The notes below the pieces were generated by a model. That model was not told the DNA's origin, did no database searches, and saw only the letters and a list, made by a program, of their open reading frames with translations. Shown in pieces: positions 28,201-37,859 of a stretch of 64,000 nucleotides of DNA (position 1 is its first letter; every line of letters begins with the position of its first letter). The stretch lies in NCBI GenBank assembly GCA_964188305.1, contig OZ076888.1; one strand, 5' to 3'. A program made the translations under genes and the position numbers. This DNA comes from Podarcis bocagei. Lineage: Eukaryota.

Positions 28201-31200
28201 GTAAGCAAAAAGTGAGGCAGACTGGGGGCATGTATTGAGTCCCAGTTGGGCCAAGAAAGCCTGTACACCAATTGCGCCTTTGGAGGGAGGCACACTGCCA
28301 CTGTGCAGACCAAACTGCCACTGTATCCTACATGTGCTCAGCCTGGAAGAGGAAAATTACAAATCTTGGGAAATGTCAAAGAGATAACGTTCCTAGAAAC
28401 ACCACCAAAGCTTACCAGTCAAGAACTCTGTTAGCACTGACACTCCCATGCATAGAGGGAGCCAATGAACTTGCAGTGGGAGGCACACACTCCTGCATCA
28501 CATGCAAAACTAGCGCCTGTTGCCAATTCTCATATTAGGTAGGGTTTCACTTCTCAGGTAGGGTTTCCAATCCCTTTATGGTGATCACAGCCACTGCTTC
28601 GGAGCATCACATGAAAAGGGAAGAAAGGAGAGCCCACACAACACTGCACCCTCATAGTTCACTTGGTAGGATGGCCTCTTAAGAGGGTAGTTATTTAAGA
28701 AAGCATAGCAGGAGAAATGCAGACTGAGAAGAATTCAGCCTGGCATGAGCTATTCCATTTCTTACAGTGCAGTCTGCCACAACTTCCCCAGTTCTAGCAA
28801 GGCCGCATCCTTGCCACAGAAGATATTGCCATGCACTTTTGCCCTACACATCCAGGCAGTAGATGCTTCTGGGGCCTGTGGATCTGGTCTTGGGGATGGC
28901 GACTTGACAATAGGATTAAATCAAGCATGCAGATGCTATCTGGCTGCTTCCAAGAACGCCTGGTGATTTCTATAAAATTTGGTAGATTTGGGTTCATAGA
29001 TATAATTGGATGTAAGCCATGTCCATTAAGGGCTGTGCAGCATAACAGCTGAGTGAAAAGAGCAGAAGTCCTTGCTGCCTTAGCCATTGAGAGTGAAATA
29101 AATACGTTCCTCTTCTGTCAGGAGTCTTATTGGAAACGTGTATATATGCTGAGCCTATGGAACACTAGTTTCCTTTGTACATACTCCCTTTAGAATACCG
29201 TATCTTTTGCACCATAACACTCACTTTTTTCCTCCTAAAAAGTAAGGGGAAATGTCTGTGCGTGTTATGGAGGGAATGCCTACGGGTGGCATGCCTACAG
29301 ATTTTCCTCCTCTAAAAACTACGTGCGTGTTATGGTCGGGTGCGTGTTATAGAGCGAAAAATACGGTATATAAAAAGGCCATTGCATATTCTTGTGATCC
29401 TCCTGTTTTGACAGTTACCAGAAACCCGTCAACTCCTGCGCCTAAGAAGGTTTGCTCATGGAACATCAGGCCTGATCTTTCTCACTGCCCTCTCAGGTAA
29501 AAGTCCCTGTCACTTTTGCACCAATCTCTTTCTTTTGAGAAGCAATAGACAGCATGGTCATGGATATGTGTTTCTTGCTTCATTTCCCATTGGGAGGGTC
29601 TAGACTTTTTCAATTCCAGGTTACTGAAATGCTTCCTCTTCATGCTGGTCAGACAACATCACTGGGAACTGTTTTGTGGCCTTGAGGGAAGGACCTAAAA
29701 CTCTCACCATGATGGTTTTTAGGTGGCTTGTTCTATTACATTCATATTTACAAGTGTGACAGACTCTCTTCTCTGGAACTCTAGGGGCATTTGTGGCAGG
29801 ACTGGATGCTGGTCTTGTATACAATTCATTTCCCAAGATGGGGGAACGCTGGATCCCTGATGATCTCCTTGCCTTTTCCCCAAAGTTGAAGAACGTATTT
29901 GAGAATCCCACAACCGTGCAGTTTGATCACAGGATTCTGGTATGTTTCTTCCTCTTTATGCTCTTAGATAACACCTCTTTTTTAATTGGTTGCCGTTCTT
30001 GGGTTTGTGTTCATTCCAGGTGGCAGTGTAACTGGGAATGTGGGAATGCAGGCCCCTTAACTCAGAGTAGAGCACTTGTTTGCATGCCTAAAGTACTGGT
30101 TTCCATATCCGCTGTCTCTAATTAAAGGGTGCAAGTTACAAAGGGGGGGGGGGTTAGTCTAAACATTAAGGAGAACATCATGATGACATGAGTTTTTTGA
30201 AAGAGGAGCAGACTGTCCCAGAAGTGATGGACTCTTTTTCAGAGGCTGGATTGTCAGGGATGCTGTAGTAGTGAGGTTTGTGCATTGCCTTTGAACTAGA
30301 TGACCTTTTAAGATCCCTTCCAACTCCACTTCTAAGCCCTTTGTTGTCATTGCAAAGCTTCTCTGGTTCCCTCACTGGATATTTACTCTTTTCCCTTTAG
30401 GGAGTTTCCTCTGTTGCAGCCATTACAGGTCTGTACCTGTTTTCCAGGAAGATTCCTCTCCCACGGAGGACAAGGATGGCAGTTGCTTCCTTACTGGCTG
30501 TGGCATACCTCCAGGTATTAACTATGCCCTTTAAAACACCCTTTTAATTGTCACTTAGTAGTGTCCTCTGATGGCATAGCAGGTTTCCCCTTCCTTCCAG
30601 GTAGGTGCCTGCCTTCTCGTCACTGATAATGCTATCTTGGTTGCTGGTCTCAGGCATTTAAAACTGAAATTGGTGGGGACCAATTTTTATTAATTTATTT
30701 ATTTGGCTTTGACGAACAAAGGGGGGAAATAGAGCTGCAGTCGTGCTCTTCTGTGGAAATATTGCACAGTGCTATGGTCACTGCCCTTCTCTGCCTTCTG
30801 GGTTTAAACTGAGAAGGCAAAGGGGGAACATCAGTACAGTTTCATTAGCATTTTATCATGAAGCACTATGACAGCTACCTCATCCTGTAGCAGTGGGAGA
30901 GAGACAGAACATATAAAAATCCCCATACCAATTGCTTATGAAGCTTCTTGTGTATAATTCTGTGCTATAAGAATACGATGCAGATGTATTTGCACATACT
31001 TCTACATTTCAGGTATACTGGTAAGCAAACTTTGCTTACGTCTGTAACTTCATTTTATTCTTGCTCCTCTGCAGGTTACCCTGGGCATCAGCACACTTCT
31101 CCTATATGTCCCAACTCCTTTAGCAGCCACTCATCAATCAGGTTCCCTGGTACTGCTCAGTGTGGCGTTGTGGCTGATGCATGAACTGAAGCGGATCCCG

Positions 31201-31206
31201 AAATAA
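25207..31206 (+). CDS. COX15: Cytochrome c oxidase assembly protein COX15 (heme A synthase), 9 exons, about 406 aa
   Basis: Exons: 25207-25278 (Arg-rich mitochondrial presequence [17 protein letters not shown]), 26505-26692 ([10 protein letters not shown]), 27251-27373 ([11 protein letters not shown]), 27591-27777 ([17 protein letters not shown]), 28033-28200 ([13 protein letters not shown]), 29415-29496, 29785-29939 ([16 protein letters not shown]...VQFDHR), 30401-30514, 31075-31206 (ATHQSGS...KRIPK*). AATAAA at 32198-32203. Confidence 0.97.
29198..29366. mobile_element. Short Tc2/Kanga-like (TcMar) MITE
   Basis: Termini CCGTAT…ATACGG with a TA TSD. Both arms are homologous to the ends of the 45863-47051 element. 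Confidence 0.75.
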
Positions 31207-31282
31207 CCCTGCTTCCCTATTTAGCCAGCCTCTGCTAGTGCTGAAGGTTCACGGTTGCTGCCTTTGCCCCTCGTGTGGTATG

Positions 31283-31739
31283 TGTTAGGATATTAGATGT
31301 TAGGATATTTCCGTTCCACCTTAAAAGGGAGCAGGCTTTGTGGGCCCATAACCTTGTTGTTGGGAAACTGCCAGGGAGATATTGTCCATCATGGCCCCAA
31401 GCCGGCTGCCGGACGTCCATCGATCTCCCGTAGACAGGCAGAACCAGCAGCTAGCGACACGAAGCCTCAGAAATAGATTGGCTGCATTCCGGGGCTTGTG
31501 CACACTGATTATCAGCAGTGACCACAGCCAGAAAGCTTGCACCGCAGAAGAGCATATTTTACAGACTTTATTTAGCGTTGAACAGAACAAAAGAAAACAT
31601 GACCGTTCTGTGTCAGTGGCTCTGACCGACTGAAATCGAAAGGAACAGCAAGCATAAACATCCTGTGAACAGGACATGCGCAGACTCTGTAACTCACAAA
31701 GCCTGCTCCCTTTTAAGGTGGAACGGAAATATCCTAACA
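31283..31739 (-). mobile_element. Ty1/copia-type LTR plus primer-binding site fused to an inverted copy of its own terminus; 45-bp TIRs, 5-bp TSD
   Basis: TG…CA termini; TSD GTATG at 31278-31282 and 31740-31744; perfect inverted repeat 31298-31342 / 31695-31739. Minus-strand LTR about 31355-31739 with AATAAA at 31567-31572, followed by GGTTATGGGCCCA (31341-31353). Confidence 0.78.
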
Positions 31740-33559
31740 GTATGCTCCTCTTCCTGAAAGCCTTAATTTGAACAGAAGGCGAGGCTGAGCAGCACCTTGA
31801 TGTCATGAGTTGAAGTGCTTTGTTGCAAAACTTGGGGAACATGAATCACCATCCTTTGCTTAAGGTGTGATGTTGACAAGGTGGGCTCTGGCAAGAATGA
31901 TGGTTGCTTGAGGTGTGTCTCGCTTCCTGCTGAGCTATCTGTATGAGGCTACAGCCATGAGCCTTTTACATTCTTTGTAGGCTTGATATAGACAATGGAT
32001 TATGGGGTGAGTGGGCCTAGAAATTTGGATGAATAGCAAATGAAGGCATTTCAAAACTGTATTATAAGGGTGATGGGTGGCCTAGTTTGTGGATTTTCTT
32101 TAGCAGAATGGGGTTTGAGTGCAATTTTTTGCATTAGAATATTGAAATGTGCACTGTAATTTAACCATGCAGAAGACCCACAGTCCTTTCCTTATTTAAT
32201 AAAAAAAGTTTCTCAATATTTCTCAATATCTCAGTATTTTAAAACTGACTGTTCTTACAATGTCCCTATGCAATGTACCTTCATAAGAAACTGCTGCAGC
32301 AAACCAAAGGCTCCATTAAGTCCATCATCTTGTTCTCAGTGGCCAACCAGATGCCTGTGGTAGCTTTCAAACAGGCACATGAGTGGGTTGATTTGGAACA
32401 CGTTTCATTAACATCAATATCCACAAAGGATTTTTTCTGGGGAGGGTGGGGGGGAGTAAATGCTGCAAATGAGTAAATAAACATAACTAGCAGCAGAGAA
32501 CATATCTAACAATTCTGGTGGATCAGGTGACTTCCTAGACTTGGGTAGACCCCTGAGAAACTTGTATTACACATTTATCCCTTTCCTTCTCAGTGGGTTG
32601 ACCTGCTACAATGTGTAGATGGCTTTTCACTCAGTGCTGATTCTTTCCTGGGCAGTGCTGCTACACCCAACTTCACAGTCTCCCACTTTGCTTCATTTCC
32701 CTAAAAAGCCCTATCATGTACCCTACAATTCAGAGTTGTACTACACTACTGCGGTTCCCTACCGCTGCCTCCCAGCAAAATGAGCCTAACATGGAATCAG
32801 CCCCAGCCCAGCCTGCTTCAATATAGGTATAATTATGCAAGATTGGCAGCAGAGTATCCTTTAAAGTGTTTGCAGATGCTGGGAGGGACATTTTTTGCTA
32901 TGAAATGTGACTTTGAAAGATGATGGACTACTTACTGTCTTTGCTGCTACCTTTTTCTTTTATACATTACTTGCCAGTATTGGATATCTGACTTGTTTTC
33001 AGTGGGGTAGCATTCACTTCACTAGTAGTGAAGACCGGCATTAAAGGCTTTAAACCAAACCAAGAGCGGAGACACAGGTGTTTCACTCAAGTATTAAATT
33101 GGCTAGATCTAGTTTCCTTAATGTCATCCATTGCTTCATTCATTAGGTAGAAATTCATTAGGTAGAAATCAATGAATGCGCTTAGTGAGAGCCAGGATAC
33201 TGAGAGGGGATGGGTGTCAGAAGAAGGAACTGATACTGGTTTCTATGTAGTAGTAATGTTGCAGTAATGCAACATTTTTATACATAACATCATATTCGTA
33301 AAATTTTCTGATCAGCTTGTTTTCTGTACACCAGTTAGAGGAGTTTTTGTATTTTTTAAGAGTTATAGAAATGGCCTAAAATGGATAGAAACTCTGAAAG
33401 GTTGGAGGGGTAAGTCTTCTCACAAAATCAAGGTGGAGATTGGTGCCTGCACATTTTTGTTCATATCTGGGTCTACAAATTCTATAACCTTTCTGTAGAG
33501 CGGGGCGGGGGGAATAGAAACCTGTAAATCTGGTGATCATGGCTCATTAGAGGGAGCAA

Positions 33560-34070
33560 CTACCCCAACCCCGGCGGACGCCTATACGATGCCCTGGCCT
33601 GCAACGATTCGAGTAAGATTCGACCTGCCTTCTCCGCTCCTCACAATACACCCTCCGAGGCAGCAGGGGGCGGTACGACACAGGCAACTCCATTCGGAAC
33701 TGAGGCTCCAAAATACGGGGTCGCGAAGGGGGAAAAACACCGGGAGGGCGCACGGAATTCTGATTGGTTGCGGACCGGGCCAGAAGCGAAGGAAGCGACC
33801 GGCGGAGGGGCGGAGACTCACTCTTCTTGCGGTCTCGGCGGCGGCGGCTTCTTGTCCTTCATCCCGTCGGTCGCTCCCAACCTGCCTCGCTATGACGGCG
33901 CACAGCTTCGCGCTGCCGATCATCCTCTTCTCGGTCTTCTGGGGGCTCGTGGGAATCGCCGGGCCGTGGCTCGTGCCCAAGGGGCCCAACCGCGGGTGAG
34001 GCTCCCCGCCCGCGCAGCCACTGCCTTCCCGATCCATCGCAAGGTCTCACGGTCGCCATCGCCAAATAGA
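33560..34070 (+). promoter_or_regulatory. CpG island and promoter of ATP6V0E2
   Basis: CpG-dense stretch surrounding exon 1, with an inverted CCAAT (TGATTGG) at about 33761 and a GC box at about 33807. Confidence 0.75.
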
Positions 34071-34156
34071 TCAATATATGCATTGTGATCTATAATTGCG
34101 AGGGAAGGGTGGTGGTGGTCCCTGCTAAAGGCTTTGAGAATATCTGTATCTATATC

Positions 34157-34196
<40 letters not shown>

Positions 34197-35599
34197 GTGA
34201 GAATGACCTATATATCCAAAAAGATCACTATATAGAGATACTGATATATTGGGAGATGACATGACACACACAAAGACTTTAGCAGGCACCAGCACCCGCT
34301 TCCCCCGCAAGTGAGACACTCGCAGGCTTTCCTTCTCCGCAGCCGCCTTTGGCCTTGAAGGCGGCCTGATCCACGGATGCTGTGAATGGGACTCCGCATC
34401 GCTTCAGACTGCCAAGTGTGTGTGGGGGGGTCACATTTATGAATGCTCCCTCGCGTTGGAAACACCAACGACCCTGCAAATAGCAAACAAGTATAGCAGC
34501 CAAAGGGCTGGGCTAAGGTATTTTTCTCTTATGAACACGGTATATAGGAGTCGGGGTGTGGGAGCAGGGAGGAAGAGCGTTGAGGAGTGCCTGATCTGGG
34601 AATCCTTTCTCCTGTGTGACCCCCTTGATTGTTTCAGTAACAGCACAATCCTATCCATGTCTACTCAGAAGTAATTCCTAATATATTCAGTGGGGTTTAC
34701 TCCGAGGTAAGTAGGGTTAGGATTGCAGCTTTACTCAATCTTTTTCCTTTTTCATTTTTTCACTTCACAGAGTGATTATTACCATGCTGGTGACCACAGC
34801 CATTTCCTGCTATCTCTTGTGAGTATTGCGTAGGGGAGATAGGTTGTGGGTGTAGGGCTGGGTTGTACCCAGCAGGAAATCAACCACCCTCATAACTATC
34901 TAACTGGCTGCTTCCTGAATATTGGGAATCTAGGAAGGAATCCCAAATAGAAGAGGCTCTCCTGTATACACCACCTTGGAGATGCTCAAGCCAGGTCCTT
35001 ATTCTACACATAGGTGCATAAACAGCCTGCCTCTCTCTCATAAAATAAGCTTTTGGGTAATATTGGATCATGGTACACTGTATCTTCCAATATGTCCTAG
35101 CATCATTCATGCATGATGCTCCCGGGACCCCATATATGAACAAGGAGTGGATTTTGCATCCCATAACAAGCCTTAGACAATCTCTGATCATACACCAAAG
35201 CACTAGATTGTTCTAGCTGCCCTAACATCCTGTCTGGCTCAGCTGTTATGCTAAGCTAGACACTCTCAGGCATAATGCACCAGGGCAGATCTTATCTCCT
35301 TGTAGTACATTTAAATAACTACAAGACCTTGCTCCCTAGATTCTATATCCCTCCTACAGTGATACTGTCCTCTTTATAAAAATAACTGTTACTTGCAAAA
35401 ATGACCTAGCAGTTATTTGCAAAATATGACTTTTTGTATTTCAGCACTAGTGCAAAAGGAGTTGTGATCCGGTTTTTATGTCTCCTTCCTATCTTTCCCT
35501 TGCAGCTGGCTTATAGCGCTCCTGGCCCAGGCCAACCCACTGTTTGGACCCCAGCTGAAGAATGAGACCATCTGGTATGTGCGCTTCCTGTGGGAGTGA
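33892..35599 (+). CDS. ATP6V0E2: V-type proton ATPase subunit e2 (81 aa); 3 coding exons plus a non-coding 4th exon
   Basis: Exons 33892-33995, 34771-34818 and 35506-35599 give [81 protein letters not shown]. The N-terminal MTAHSFALP and C-terminal WYVRFLWE match e2 rather than e1. 3' UTR intron 35628-36108; AATAAA at 36610-36615. Confidence 0.92.
34157..34194. repeat. (GATA)n microsatellite
   Basis: TAGATAGATA… run in ATP6V0E2 intron 1. Confidence 0.9.
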
Positions 35600-37859
35600 A
35601 CTGGACCACTATCAACCAATTCAACAGGTACTTGCTCTATCCAGCGCTACCTAACCTACCTTACTAACACACAAATACATTAGATGCAACTCATTAATAG
35701 CTTGTAAGAAAAAGGAATCTATTTGCTTCCAGTTTACAAAGATTCCCTTCCTTGGTTCCTTGCCTGACTCACCTGTCAATGGCATAGCCCAGGGATGGGG
35801 AACTTATGGTTCTCTAGATGTTATTGGATTCTGACTCCTATTAGCCCAAGCCAAGGGATCATAGTCCAGCCACATGAGAATCATAGGTCCCATCCCTGGC
35901 TTAACCAATAGAACCAGAAAGGTACCTGTAATCTGTCTCCAATAGTGTTGCCACTCTGTGGTTCTATAGGACAGGTCACTTTCTCATTGTCTGTAAAAGG
36001 TAGCTATGGTAAATCTCACTGAAAGGGCAACAGGTTGATTGTTCCCAGATATCTTCTATCCTGCTGGGGTAAGGTGAATACTAAGAAATCTTTTTCTCTT
36101 TTTCCTAGGCTTCCTTCTGATGCTAGATAACAGCTCCACCCCTTGTCCTTTCCAGTACTAACTCAACGGATCTTTTGTTTGCACTCTAAATTTCCCCACA
36201 GCAGTAGGGCCAGGACCCAAACATATGAAGTGACCATATCACTTGTTTAGCCATCTCCCACCTGTTTTAATTGATGCATCTTGGTGGCATCTGCTCTTGG
36301 GTTTGATGTTGTAACTAAATGTCCCTCTCTTGGCAGTTAGGGAAAATGTTTGCATTTTGAAAGTCCTGTAATGAACGCTAAGACTGAATAATTGCTGATG
36401 GAGCTCTGGAACACCCTCTTGGGCAAGATACAAGACACCTTCCTTACTTTTACATGGTGATGTTCGCCCAATAGATCTGTTCTCTCCCTATCTTTGTCCA
36501 TTAGCAGTGAGGCTGCTGCACTAAGATGCATTTGCCTAGAATTCCCCCTTCCACTATTATTTATAATGTTGTGTATTTGTATTTATTGAGTGTAAACTGG
36601 TATCGTGAAAATAAATTTTTTTAGTATGTGAGCTTTCTTTGTCTTCTGTTAAAGAGATCTGATATGGGGCCCAGAAGTGCTTCAAAGTCAGCTAGGGTAA
36701 TACTCCAGCTTCCATCCGTAGCATCTAACTGGTATTGGGCTGGAATCAAAATTGGTGTGTGTTTCCTGACAAGGAGCACTTCAGTAAACTATCCCGGTGG
36801 TGTAAGCAACTAAGCCACTGCAAATTTCCAGACTAGGATTTATGATAGCAACCCTATTGTGTTCAGGACCATACAGCAATAAAGCAAGTTCTTTTCCTTA
36901 GGCCTACAATTGTAGATTGGTTCTCATTCTTGAGGACAGGTGAGAAATTATGGTTTTTACAGCTAGTAGTGATCTACACCAACCAACAAGCTTCCAGCAC
37001 AACCAGCATCAAGAAACTCTGCTTACACAGTTCAGCATAATTTATTGCTACAGTAACTGGAGTTCAAGTATGAAAACAAATTCATAATTTAACATAGCCC
37101 ATAGTTGATTGAGTTTATGGGCTAGGTGTTGTTAAAACAAGTACCAGGGACAGCGTTCCACAGTTCAAGGTGGTCTTCTGTGAAACTTGGAACTGCTGGA
37201 AGCCCCAGTGCCGGGACAACAGCACTGAGACACACTGAATGATGAGTAAATGTGGGATTTGAAAGGAGTGTGTGCAAAATGTATTTGTGGGGAGGAGTGT
37301 GAAGGAAGGCAGCAAATTATCTGCCTTGGTTTTTTTAAAAGGTTATTTCTTACCCTCAAGGAATCCTGTTTGCACGACTCCTTTTTTGGTCCTATCACAG
37401 ACATCAACAGAAGTAGGGGGGGGGGCGTGCTCATAGTAAAGCACCAGAAAGAACCACTTTCTTTCCTTTTGCGGGAGAGCTGTCCAGTTCTTGGCCACAC
37501 AAGGTCCTTCTCCCTCCCTTCCTGAGTAAATCAAGTTTCTTTGGTCACTTTCAGCTATGCTGCCTTTTGCCCACTGTCAAGGGTAACAGAGATCAGCTTC
37601 CCTTGCCTCACAGCACCTGCCGTGTGATTCTCCCCCAGTGGCTGGGGATTTCAGCCACGGAGGAAAATCTAGAGTCCATTAGGGTTGAGCGGCTTGGGTT
37701 AGGGGCAAGTCTGAGCAGACACTGTTTAGGCCCTGGGGTTGGGCTGGAGTCCTGCAGAATTCTGGACTAGCCCACAAGAGAATCACAGCTTCTGGCCCAT
37801 TAAAAGCCACTGCCAATAGGGCAGACATGGAGAGAGTTCACCGAGAGGTAGTTCTTTTG

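Noticed and set aside
31341-31353. tRNA-Met gene fragment
   Set aside because: Only 13 nt match the tRNAi-Met anticodon arm and there is no cloverleaf. It is better explained as a retrotransposon primer-binding site.
33589-33891. 101-aa upstream in-frame extension of ATP6V0E2
   Set aside because: It begins upstream of the CCAAT and GC boxes in a CpG island, so it is probably untranscribed. The conserved protein starts at MTAHSF.
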